IMG/VR virus record: IMGVR_UViG_3300028835_001893
Length of the DNA: 64,000 nucleotides
Source: an uncultured virus (IMG/VR IMGVR_UViG_3300028835_001893)
Lineage: Duplodnaviria > Heunggongvirae > Uroviricota > Caudoviricetes
Direction: 5' to 3' (one strand)
Shown: positions 27,933-37,129 of the stretch, piece after piece
Layout of the letters: every line of letters starts with the position of its first letter
How positions within the stretch are numbered: the stretch's first letter is position 1
Notes under the pieces: generated by a model
Told to the model about the DNA's origin: nothing
The model's database searches: none
What the model saw: the letters and a program-made list of their open reading frames with translations, nothing else
Made by a program: the position numbers and the translations under genes

Positions 27933-28445
27933 TTATTCTCCGATCCTGTATTTGGCCTCACCTATGTAAAAGATTTGGTTGCCTCTTTTGTCTCTTGCAA
28001 TAATTTTTACTCTAGCACTAACCACATTTTTTATAGGTAAGGCAACTTTGAAGAAATTAGCAGATAGTCCTCCTTTGTAGAAACAATGAGTCACAAAATA
28101 CGGAAACTTATTGTCTACATAAGTTACTTCTTTTTCCTCCCATAGGCTAAACTCCTCCTTTCTTGGGTTATGAATACGAACCATTATATGAGCTTCTTTA
28201 GTATCTCTTTTGAGTATAAGATTCTCACCTAGTGGTAGGTATTCTGGCCAAGTAACAACTTCTTTCCCTTCTGTTCTGGGAAAGAATCTAATAAATGAAA
28301 AGTGTGCCTCAATTCCCGTTCCAGGACTTCTCAAAAATCCAGTGAAGTTTGGAGCAGGCATTCCACCGATTTCAATAATCGGAGTAACAGCGCAACTCGT
28401 AACTATTCCAATAAGGAATAGTAGTAATATATATTTCTTTAACAT
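27933..28445 (-). CDS. Lipoprotein
   Basis: MLKKYILLLFLIGIVTSC lipobox. Confidence 0.75.
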   Translation of the reverse strand: MLKKYILLLFLIGIVTSCAVTPIIEIGGMPAPNFTGFLRSPGTGIEAHFSFIRFFPRTEGKEVVTWPEYLPLGENLILKRDTKEAHIMVRIHNPRKEEFSLWEEKEVTYVDNKFPYFVTHCFYKGGLSANFFKVALPIKNVVSARVKIIARDKRGNQIFYIGEAKYRIGE

Positions 28446-28681
28446 AATCCACCTCCAATAAAAAAAGTAATTTTAGATTCTTGTTTTTTGGTTGTCACCT
28501 ACCTGCTAGAGGTAAAAGCAACGAAAACCCTCTAACAGGTAAGTGAGCTGCGGCGATCCAATCCAACAGCACCCGACGTATAGACACTCCAATTACGGAG
28601 TTGCTTTACTTGCTTGCCGGTCAACCCACGTTGCCACGTGACATAGCAAGGCACAGCAAGGCAAAGAATAATTAGGAAAGC

Positions 28682-29242
28682 TTAAAATGTTCGAGATACT
28701 CCTACATAATGTTCGAAAGTATTCCATCCGAACTCCTTATCTTTGAACGGATTACTACGATGTCTTCCTTGAACTTCATATTTCAAACACCATCCAGCTT
28801 TGTTTAGGGGGAATATGATTCCTGCACCAACACCAAACGATCCTATTGTATGAGCTTTTAAGTCAGGTAGATCTTGTGATAAATATGAAAGACCACCAAG
28901 TGCTCCAATAAACAACTTTATTGGAGTAATCACAAATTCTCTTCGAAGCATGAGGTCTAAACCAACCATGTTGCCATGAACGGTTTCTTCATGTCTTTCA
29001 GCAGAAAGTATCAGGAAATTACCAGATGCTCGAAAATGCCACCTTTGGCTTTTGTCAATATATTTTACCACAGAAATTGCTACTCCATCGTAGCTTACAT
29101 TATGAGTGTTTGATTCCCAGTGACTATATGGAATCATATTCCCCCAGATTAGATCTATACCAATATCGTAAGAATAACATAACGATGGTATCAATACAAA
29201 CACACTAATCAACAAAATTGCTTTCTTGATTTTATGTTTCAT
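28682..29242 (-). CDS. PagL-like outer-membrane beta-barrel (acyloxyacyl hydrolase/lipid A deacylase family)
   Basis: Signal peptide, alternating beta strands, RHRSN (H-x-S-N) near the C-terminus and a terminal Phe. Confidence 0.65.
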   Translation of the reverse strand: MKHKIKKAILLISVFVLIPSLCYSYDIGIDLIWGNMIPYSHWESNTHNVSYDGVAISVVKYIDKSQRWHFRASGNFLILSAERHEETVHGNMVGLDLMLRREFVITPIKLFIGALGGLSYLSQDLPDLKAHTIGSFGVGAGIIFPLNKAGWCLKYEVQGRHRSNPFKDKEFGWNTFEHYVGVSRTF

Positions 29243-29310
29243 ATTTTCCACCCCCGTTCTTACTCGAACAACTTAAAAAATTAGGGAGACTGAAACTAAC
29301 TAGTCTCCCC

Positions 29311-29850
29311 TCAGAAAATTGTGACTTTTCCATCTTCATCGATTCTTCCTGTTACAGTAAACGCATTCTTAATCGATGTTACAATGACTACGGCTTCGAA
29401 ATCTGTTGCAGCAATACTAACGTCAAAGCCATGACCAATAGGTACCTTCAACTTCAATGCTTCCTGAACTTCATCTCTGTCACCAGTTCCACCATGAGTT
29501 AACAGGATTGTATTATTTTCAGGATAATAATAACCATGTTCAATATAGTAGTTAAGTTCTCCATCCAATAGGTTCTTACATGTCACCAAAGCTTCTGTAC
29601 GTATAGCCTTGCGTTGATACATCCTTGACATTAAAATTCCACCCGTAGCTGCTAGAATTCCTAGAACGACCATTACTACCAGGATTTCTATAATTGTAAA
29701 GCCGTCTCTCTTTGGAAGTTGTAATCTGATCATCCTTCGTCCCATTTTCATGACATTCTTCTGATCGCCCTTTCGGAGTTTGGTGATCTTCTCCAAAGCC
29801 TTTGTCCAATTAAGTTTTAATTGGGTCGTATTACAGAAGTCATATTCCAT
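29311..29850 (-). CDS. Type IV pilin-like protein
   Basis: G|FTIIEILVVMVVLGILAA N-methylation motif; GGAGGTGG RBS at 29850 gives an unusually long leader. Confidence 0.85.
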   Translation of the reverse strand: MEYDFCNTTQLKLNWTKALEKITKLRKGDQKNVMKMGRRMIRLQLPKRDGFTIIEILVVMVVLGILAATGGILMSRMYQRKAIRTEALVTCKNLLDGELNYYIEHGYYYPENNTILLTHGGTGDRDEVQEALKLKVPIGHGFDVSIAATDFEAVVIVTSIKNAFTVTGRIDEDGKVTIF

Positions 29851-30011
29851 AATCCACCTCCACTTGAAAACAAATACTTCCTTCTAATAATTTATATATA
29901 TAGTAATTTATGTTTACTTAGTATAAAAGTGGTTCAGAACAAATATTAAAAGGATTAATTACTTATGACAATAAATGAATGTAAGTCACTAAGAACTGGA
30001 GTGGATTAATC

Positions 30012-31289
30012 ATGTCTACATGGAATCCGAGTGATAAGGCAGCTAATATTAGTCTTTCTAATGGAAATCTGACTGCGACGTTTGACGAAAACGGCTATGG
30101 TATAGTTCGGGGAACAACATCAAAGAATACCGGAAAGAAATACTTCGAGATAGTATGTACCTACATTGCGCTTGCCAGTAAATTAGGCATCGCCACTTCG
30201 AGTGCTAACTTAAATGATTACTTAGGATCTGATACTGGTGGTTGGTGTTTTGACCATCGTGGATACAAGTATCATAATACAGTATTTACAGAAACAGATG
30301 CTGGATATGCCGTTGACAATGTGGTTCAAGTAGCAGTAGATCTTGATGCTGGGAAGGTTTGGTTTGGTGTTAATAACTCATGGATAGACAGTGGAGATCC
30401 AGCTAACGGTACTAATGAGGCATACCTTGATAGCTATATTTATGATTATGATATTTATCCCGCTGCTGGTTGTTATTATAATCTTGAATCATACACACTG
30501 AGATGCTCATCTGGAGATCAAACTTATTCACCACCATCGGGCTTTACAGCGTGGGATCCAGAAGTTACAACGTCAACTAGTACTACAACCACAACTACAA
30601 CAACTTCAACAAGTACATCTACGTCGACATCGACTAGTACTACAACAACAACTACGTCAACATCTACGAGTACTACAACAACATCGACAAGTACGTCTAC
30701 TTCTACAAGTACTTCTACGTCAACGACAACAACAACTACAAGTACTTCTACTTCTACTTCTACATCTACGTCAACGACAACAACATCGACAAGTACTTCT
30801 ACATCAACTACAACAACAACTACAAGTACGTCTACTTCTACGAGTACTTCCACGTCAACTACAACAACAATTACAAGTACGTCTACTTCGACAAGCACTT
30901 CTACGTCAACTACAACAACAACTACTTCTACTAGTACAAGTACTTCTACGTCAACATCAACAAGCACAAGTACTTCGACCTCAACTACATCTACTACTAC
31001 TACAGCTGAATGTACTCATGATATGATTATAGCTTTACTGGACGAAATTGATTTAGAAATCGATAATATCTTGGTCGATCAAAGACGGTTACTTGGTTTA
31101 GCACACCAAAATATATGTATTGACGAAACTGAATATGATGAACATGATAATCTCATATCTGCTAGAGTTAGAATCTACTCAGACTCAAGTTCAGTTGGAA
31201 CAAATTATAATATAGTTGGTACCTATCAAATAACATCTGAATCAGATGGAATATGTAAATTTAAAACTTGGAAACAAGTCCGAGTTTAA
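30012..31289 (+). CDS. SPRY/ConA-like domain, T/S linker and C-terminal virion domain
   Basis: WNPSDK..NISLSNGNLTA, GKKYFEI and VAVDLDAGKVWFG; about 145-aa T/S tract; C-terminus paralogous to 31311. Confidence 0.8.
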   Translation: MSTWNPSDKAANISLSNGNLTATFDENGYGIVRGTTSKNTGKKYFEIVCTYIALASKLGIATSSANLNDYLGSDTGGWCFDHRGYKYHNTVFTETDAGYAVDNVVQVAVDLDAGKVWFGVNNSWIDSGDPANGTNEAYLDSYIYDYDIYPAAGCYYNLESYTLRCSSGDQTYSPPSGFTAWDPEVTTSTSTTTTTTTTSTSTSTSTSTSTTTTTTSTSTSTTTTSTSTSTSTSTSTSTTTTTTSTSTSTSTSTSTTTTSTSTSTSTTTTTTSTSTSTSTSTSTTTTITSTSTSTSTSTSTTTTTTSTSTSTSTSTSTSTSTSTSTTSTTTTAECTHDMIIALLDEIDLEIDNILVDQRRLLGLAHQNICIDETEYDEHDNLISARVRIYSDSSSVGTNYNIVGTYQITSESDGICKFKTWKQVRV

Positions 31290-31310
31290 CTTTAAAATGA
31301 GAAGAAAAAT

Positions 31311-31580
31311 ATGAGCATATGTACTAGGTTAGAAACTATAAGAGACAATCTTAGTGATGTTAGTGATAATCAAAACCTTCTTTTAGGATTACTACATGAA
31401 AACATTTTTATAGACCAAACAAGTTACGGCGATTGTGGGAGTCTGATATCTGCCAGAGTTAGAATCTACTCAAACCCAGGTTCAGTTGGAACAAACTATA
31501 ATATAGTTGGTACCTATTCAATGCGAGTAAATTTGGCTGGAACATGTAAATTTGACACTTGGGAGCAAATAGAATCATGA
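31311..31580 (+). CDS. Small virion protein, paralog of the 30012 C-terminal domain
   Basis: Shared LLGL.H.NI.ID.T.Y...LISARVRIYS...SVGTNYNIVGTY. Confidence 0.75.
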   Translation: MSICTRLETIRDNLSDVSDNQNLLLGLLHENIFIDQTSYGDCGSLISARVRIYSNPGSVGTNYNIVGTYSMRVNLAGTCKFDTWEQIES

Positions 31581-31756
31581 GCGTTTCGATAGCAACACTA
31601 GGTATGTTTTCTCGTTGTAGAGGAGTAGCTCCAGAAGGAGGTGGTGCGGTCTTAACGAAAGAAATAGAAAAAGCAAAACCTCGAATTTTAGTTACGAAAA
31701 TTGAATCTGAGGACCGGAAAGAGAAGATGTCTATCGATATAATTGACATAAAATAA
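31577..31756 (+). CDS. Small structural protein
   Basis: MSVSIATLGMF...; overlaps the previous stop codon. Confidence 0.55.
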   Translation: MSVSIATLGMFSRCRGVAPEGGGAVLTKEIEKAKPRILVTKIESEDRKEKMSIDIIDIK

Positions 31757-31769
31757 TGAGGACAATATT

Positions 31770-32543
31770 ATGATAAAATTAAATATCAACGAAAGAAAAT
31801 CACTTAGTTTTCAGATAGAATTGAGTGGAATAGATCACAGTCAGTTGGAAGGTTCTCTAAGGTTTATAGTTGACAATGTAGAGTACGGTTTTCCAGCTAA
31901 AATCGAACAAGGATTGATTTCGGTTGATATTCCAACATTAGCAAATATAATACCAAGAGATATCGAAGAAGGAGAGAAATTACAAGCGAAGTTAGAAGTA
32001 CAAGGAAATGGTTATTATATGAATCCTTGGAATGGTGAGTTTATAGCAGAAATACCTATTAAGATCGAAGCTAAGATAATAGAAACAGAAACACCTAAAA
32101 AACCTTCTGTTAAAGTTGTAACTCCTAAGGTAACTAAAACTAAAGAACCAATAAAAGAAAGTGAAGAAGACGTTAAAACTAAAAGCGAAAAATTAGTAGC
32201 AAAGAAATTAAAATCAATGGAGAATTTAATAGAAAACAAACTAAGACCAAGGAGAAATCCACTTAAAAAACCAGTTCCTGGTGGACTTAAAAAACCAACT
32301 CCCGCAGGACCGTCCCCTAAACTTTCTGAGAAACCAAGAGAATGTTCAGAAGAAGATATCTTTAGATTAATCGAGTCTGTTGGAATTAAAAAAGAGTCAA
32401 CTAAACAGTCAATTCTAGAACGGGCGAAAGAAATGTCTGGTGACTTAGACTCTACTTATGATGTCGTTTCTAAAATGTTAGGAGCTGCACCAACAAGCGA
32501 ACTTGAGATGATCCAGAACTTAGTTGACAGGAAGAAAAAATAA
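31770..32543 (+). CDS. Phage structural/hypothetical protein
   Basis: Ig-like N-terminus (L.F.VDNVEYGFP, YY.NPW.G) and Lys/Pro-rich linker. Confidence 0.65.
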   Translation: MIKLNINERKSLSFQIELSGIDHSQLEGSLRFIVDNVEYGFPAKIEQGLISVDIPTLANIIPRDIEEGEKLQAKLEVQGNGYYMNPWNGEFIAEIPIKIEAKIIETETPKKPSVKVVTPKVTKTKEPIKESEEDVKTKSEKLVAKKLKSMENLIENKLRPRRNPLKKPVPGGLKKPTPAGPSPKLSEKPRECSEEDIFRLIESVGIKKESTKQSILERAKEMSGDLDSTYDVVSKMLGAAPTSELEMIQNLVDRKKK

Positions 32544-32818
32544 TGGATATTTTGAGACAATATCTAATTGAAATAAGTTTACCACTAAGCTCGAGAAAAG
32601 TATTTAGTAGACTAAAAGATCTAACTCCAATATTATTAAAAAAGCTAGACAGTAAAATTCTTCTTGACTATCATCGCAAATGTCATATGTTATATCAGGC
32701 GCATATAAAACGAAAAGACAAAGACTTTATAAATTCAATAGTAGATATACATGATATGATAGTTAAAGAAATGGAAAGAAGAAAGTTCAAACACAAAAGT
32801 CCCTTGAAAAAAATCTAG
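32543..32818 (+). CDS. Hypothetical protein
   Basis: HRKCHMLY and HDMIVKEM.RR..KH motifs; translationally coupled. Confidence 0.6.
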   Translation: MDILRQYLIEISLPLSSRKVFSRLKDLTPILLKKLDSKILLDYHRKCHMLYQAHIKRKDKDFINSIVDIHDMIVKEMERRKFKHKSPLKKI

Positions 32819-32905
32819 TGATTTCCCACCTGAATTTCTAACCTTAATATAGAAGACAGTTCAGAACAAAATATAAATAGTTTGTACGCAAAAAGGAGAA
32901 AAAAC

Positions 32906-33181
32906 ATGATAAAACAATATTGGATTTCAGTAGGAAAAAGAGTGATTGATCTTTGTCTCTCGGTTAAAGTTCTTACTATTGCTGCTCTACTAACCATTTC
33001 TACATTTGCTCTGTTTAGAGGATTTATGGATGGTGTTACTTGGGCTACATTAAACGGTGGTTTAATCACTGCTGTAATTGCAGTAAGAGAAGGGTTTAAA
33101 GTGGCTAGAATAAGAACTTTAGAGAACGGTAGTATTAGTCCTGAAGAGAAAACAAAGATCCTCGAAGAAACCAAAGTATAA
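32906..33181 (+). CDS. Holin-like membrane protein
   Basis: Two TM helices, own late promoter motif, precedes a spanin-like pair. Confidence 0.55.
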   Translation: MIKQYWISVGKRVIDLCLSVKVLTIAALLTISTFALFRGFMDGVTWATLNGGLITAVIAVREGFKVARIRTLENGSISPEEKTKILEETKV

Positions 33182-33192
33182 GGAGATAAACT

Positions 33193-33522
33193 ATGTCAGC
33201 ATTACCAGTTTTACTTGGAATTGGTGGGGGTCTTGGTGTAGCTTACCTTTTCTATGCTTGGGGATCTGGAGGTAAATTAAATATACTGGCTAAAGTCCAT
33301 AAAATGTTCCAGAAAAAGAAAGTAGAAGAAATAAAAGAAATTGAGAAGAAACAAAATGTAGTCAGAACCGAGATAGCCACTAAAGAGAAAATCTCTAAAC
33401 AATCTCAAGAAAAGATTAAAACTATCCAGAAGAAAGCAGCAGACGAAATTGAAGAAGTATTGAAAAAAGAGAATGTTAGTGATATTCACAAATCTATTAC
33501 AAGTGATTGGGGGGATATATAA
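33193..33522 (+). CDS. i-spanin-like protein
   Basis: N-terminal TM plus coiled coil. Confidence 0.55.
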   Translation: MSALPVLLGIGGGLGVAYLFYAWGSGGKLNILAKVHKMFQKKKVEEIKEIEKKQNVVRTEIATKEKISKQSQEKIKTIQKKAADEIEEVLKKENVSDIHKSITSDWGDI

Positions 33523-34088
33523 TGTTTCCTAATATGAATCCTACAGTGAAGAAAGTACTTTACTCTGCTGGTATTTTCACTATTGTATTAATTTTGATCT
33601 TTGCTCTATCTGTTTTTTCATCTTGTGCTCCAGCTAAATTTACTCCAGCTCCTATTCCTAAGGTGGAATTTACTCCTACAGAACGTTACGTTATTGACTT
33701 ATCTGTTATACCAAAACCAGAGATGTTGAAACCGAGATTTGTGGACAAAGATTTCAAAGAAACTACTCCAGATAAAGCTGTATATATAGGTTTGGATTCG
33801 AAAGAATATGCTAAAGTAGCTGCTCTTGTAAAACTATGTAAGGCTTATAAGGAGATTATTAAAGAACAAGAATTTCTAGTAAATACTCACATTGATATAA
33901 ATAATTCTCTCAAGGAGTATTTAGAACTCGAGATCCAAAAGAGTGAAGCTTATAAAGCATTGTGGGCAGACTCTGAAAATATGTATCGACAAGAAAGGTA
34001 CTACCATAAACTAGACAACGTCGTAAATCGAGGAGCTTTAGGAGTAGTTAGTATAGTATCTATATTAGCAATTATATTATTGTTATAA
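33522..34088 (+). CDS. Lipoprotein (o-spanin-like)
   Basis: Hydrophobic signal ending FSSC, Pro-rich segment, coiled coil, C-terminal hydrophobic segment. Confidence 0.55.
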   Translation: MFPNMNPTVKKVLYSAGIFTIVLILIFALSVFSSCAPAKFTPAPIPKVEFTPTERYVIDLSVIPKPEMLKPRFVDKDFKETTPDKAVYIGLDSKEYAKVAALVKLCKAYKEIIKEQEFLVNTHIDINNSLKEYLELEIQKSEAYKALWADSENMYRQERYYHKLDNVVNRGALGVVSIVSILAIILLL

Positions 34089-34131
34089 ACAGAGAAAAAG
34101 AGTATGTAGTGAAGGTTTATTATGTCTGCTT

Positions 34132-34272
34132 GTAGAAATTACAACAACTACGTCTACTTCAACTAGTAATACAAGTACTACAGAAGAGTTTGGTGCTACT
34201 AAAATTGTGTACGTTACTGAAGATAGAGAATACTACTACACAACTGTAGATAAGTATTATAGGTTTGAATAG
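34132..34272 (+). pseudogene. Orphan fragment of a T/S-linker gene
   Basis: Frame reads VEITTTTSTSTSNTSTTEEFGATKIVYVTEDREYYYTTVDKYYRFE* with no in-frame ATG nearby. Confidence 0.45.
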
Positions 34273-34422
34273 ATAGAAAATAAAAGGAAACAAAAAATTA
34301 GAGAGGAACAAGTCTAATTAAACAACCTGAAGAAAATAAAGATTAGATTAGGAGGCGATATGAAAGTTATAAAGTACTCTTTTTCAAAATTAAAGATAGT
34401 AAGAGTTGGAGACTAATATAAA

Positions 34423-37119
34423 GTGGCACTTACTGCTCAAACCGATTCCAGAATAGCTGACTCCAATAGAGCTTGGCAACAAGCTTGTAATGTTGATGTT
34501 ACTGGTTGGAACGTTGCGAATGAGTTTATTATATCAACATGGGCGTTAGCCGATTCTGTTAATCCTGATTCAGATTGTAAGTTACAATGGAAACGAACAG
34601 GAGGTGTCTTCGCTGACGTTGCGGTTGATACAGAAATATGTTGGGGAACCAATACAGTATTGGTTGATGCTGCACCACTTTTAGAAGCAAACACAGCAGG
34701 ATGTTTTGTTGATTGGGATACGGGTGTTGAAAATGAGGGTGACAATCTTGCCAATCTTCTTAATGTTAAAAATGGAGATTATGGTGAGATACAATGGGCA
34801 CTAGGTTTTGGTTCTGGGGCATTAGGTAATCAAGAGTATGAAATACAATTTGTGGTTATTGATTGGGGACCAAGTACAGCAGTATGTCAAACATCAATTA
34901 CAACAGCTGCGATAACCACATCTACGTCAACTAGTACTACTAGTACATCTACATCTACAACATCTACGTCAACTAGTACTACTAGTACATCTACAACATC
35001 TACTTCTACTTCTACTACTAGTACATCTACATCTACTACAAGTACTAGTACTTCTACAACATCTACGTCAACTTCTACGACTAGTACATCGACATCTACA
35101 ACATCTACGTCAACTAGTACTACTAGTACATCGACTTCGACAACTAGCACAAGTACATCGACAACATCTACGTCGACTTCTACGACTTCGACTTCTACAT
35201 CTACTACTAGTACGAGTACATCTACAACATCGACTTCTACTTCTACTACTAGCACAAGTACATCGACAACGTCTACTTCTACTTCGACAACTAGTACGAG
35301 TACATCTACAACATCTACGTCAACTTCGACGACAAGTACATCTACTTCTACAACATCTACTTCTACATCGACAACATCTACTTCAACAAGTACAACTTCG
35401 ACTTCTACTTCTACTTCTACTACTAGCACAAGTACATCGACAACGTCTACGTCAACTTCGACAACATCTACTTCTACTTCTACAACGTCTACGTCAACTT
35501 CTACTACTAGTACAAGTACATCGACAACGTCTACGTCGACTTCTACTACTAGTACAAGTACATCGACAACATCTACGTCGACTTCTACTACTAGTATGAG
35601 TACTTCTACTACATCTACTTCTACTTCGACAACATCTACGTCGACTTCTACTACTAGTACGAGTACTTCTACAACATCTACGTCAACTTCGACAACATCT
35701 ACGTCAACTTCTACAACGTCTACGTCAACTTCGACAACATCTACATCTACTTCGACAACGTCTACATCTACTTCTACAACATCTACGTCAACTTCGACAA
35801 CGTCTACATCTACTTCTACAACATCTACGTCAACTTCGACAACGTCTACTTCTACTTCGACAACAAGTACTTCTACATCTACTAGTACATCGACAAGTAC
35901 TTCGACATCTACGAGTACGAGTACATCTACAACATCTACGTCAACTTCTACAACATCTACGTCAACTTCTACTACAAGTACTTCTACATCGACTAGTACA
36001 TCTACAAGTACTTCTACAACATCTACGTCGACTTCGACAACGTCGACTTCTACTAGTACTAGTACTACTACAACAACGACATCGACGTCAACTAGTACTT
36101 CTACATCAACTAGTACCAGTACTACTACAACAACGACATCGACGTCAACTAGTACTTCTACATCAACTAGTACCAGTACCTCTACAAGTACTACTTCAAC
36201 AACTACATCTATTATTATAGGTATCACTACTTCTACGTCAACTAGTACCACAACGACAACTACAAGTACATCTACTTCAACTAGTACTTCTACAACTACT
36301 AGTACGACAACTTCTCTTATTAATTCTTCGACATCAACTACTAGTACTTCAACTAGTACTTCTACAACTACTAGTACGACAACTTCTCTTATTAATTCTT
36401 CGACATCAACTACTAGTACTTCAACAACGTCTACTACAACAACTACATCGACAAGTACCAGTACCTCGACAAGTACTACTACAACAACTACATCTATTAT
36501 TATAGTCCCCTCGACAAAATTTGTACCGGAATTAGCTTATTGGTTCGACAATTTCGTAACAAATAGTATTGTAAATAAAAACCAAGTTCCGAGTCCAGTT
36601 TCAGTCCCACAAATATATCTTCCACAAAAGTCTTTTATTGAACTTTTGTTTAATGAAGATTACTCATATACCAAATATAACTACGTCTACACAGAGCATT
36701 CATGTGACCATAACACGCCATACATTGTGAGGAATCGTCTTTGTATATATCCTAGCTCAGCTAGATACCTAGTTTGTGGCGAGACTGGTACAAACTCTTT
36801 TGCTTTAAAACAACATGATTTTGTTCTATTAGACGCTTTACTTGCTTATCGAATTGACTCAACAAATGTTACAATAGTGGACAGTACGGTAGTAGAACTT
36901 ATTGATACTACTGCAGGAATTGTACTTAAAGTACGGTACGATATTCTAGGTACAAAATTATCAAAGCTGATTTATCTCTATCTAGACTTAAAGATTTATA
37001 ACAACTATTCACACTACGATAATAATTTAATAGTTTCCTCAGGAAGACTTTTAGAAAGCTGTTATGAGGTTTATGTTTTAGATCAAATCTACAAAATAAT
37101 CTCGGTTAGAGGAACGTAA
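34423..37119 (+). CDS. Virion protein with an about 525-aa Thr/Ser tract
   Basis: N-terminal beta domain, (STSTT/TS)n at 34915-36493, C-terminal phage structural domain. Confidence 0.8.
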   Translation: MALTAQTDSRIADSNRAWQQACNVDVTGWNVANEFIISTWALADSVNPDSDCKLQWKRTGGVFADVAVDTEICWGTNTVLVDAAPLLEANTAGCFVDWDTGVENEGDNLANLLNVKNGDYGEIQWALGFGSGALGNQEYEIQFVVIDWGPSTAVCQTSITTAAITTSTSTSTTSTSTSTTSTSTSTTSTSTTSTSTSTTSTSTSTTSTSTSTTSTSTSTTSTSTSTTSTSTSTTSTSTSTTSTSTSTTSTSTSTTSTSTSTTSTSTSTTSTSTSTTSTSTSTTSTSTSTTSTSTSTTSTSTSTTSTSTSTTSTSTSTTSTSTSTTSTSTSTSTTSTSTSTTSTSTSTTSTSTSTTSTSTSTTSTSTSTTSTSTSTTSTSTSTTSTSTSTTSMSTSTTSTSTSTTSTSTSTTSTSTSTTSTSTSTTSTSTSTTSTSTSTTSTSTSTTSTSTSTTSTSTSTTSTSTSTTSTSTSTTSTSTSTTSTSTSTSTSTSTSTSTSTSTSTTSTSTSTTSTSTSTTSTSTSTSTSTSTSTTSTSTSTTSTSTSTSTTTTTTSTSTSTSTSTSTSTTTTTTSTSTSTSTSTSTSTSTSTTSTTTSIIIGITTSTSTSTTTTTTSTSTSTSTSTTTSTTTSLINSSTSTTSTSTSTSTTTSTTTSLINSSTSTTSTSTTSTTTTTSTSTSTSTSTTTTTTSIIIVPSTKFVPELAYWFDNFVTNSIVNKNQVPSPVSVPQIYLPQKSFIELLFNEDYSYTKYNYVYTEHSCDHNTPYIVRNRLCIYPSSARYLVCGETGTNSFALKQHDFVLLDALLAYRIDSTNVTIVDSTVVELIDTTAGIVLKVRYDILGTKLSKLIYLYLDLKIYNNYSHYDNNLIVSSGRLLESCYEVYVLDQIYKIISVRGT

Positions 37120-37129
37120 GGAGACAATT

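Noticed and set aside
34915..36493. T/S tract as a CRISPR array or DNA satellite
   Set aside because: No constant repeat with unique spacers; variation is synonymous and in frame, so it is a protein-level repeat.
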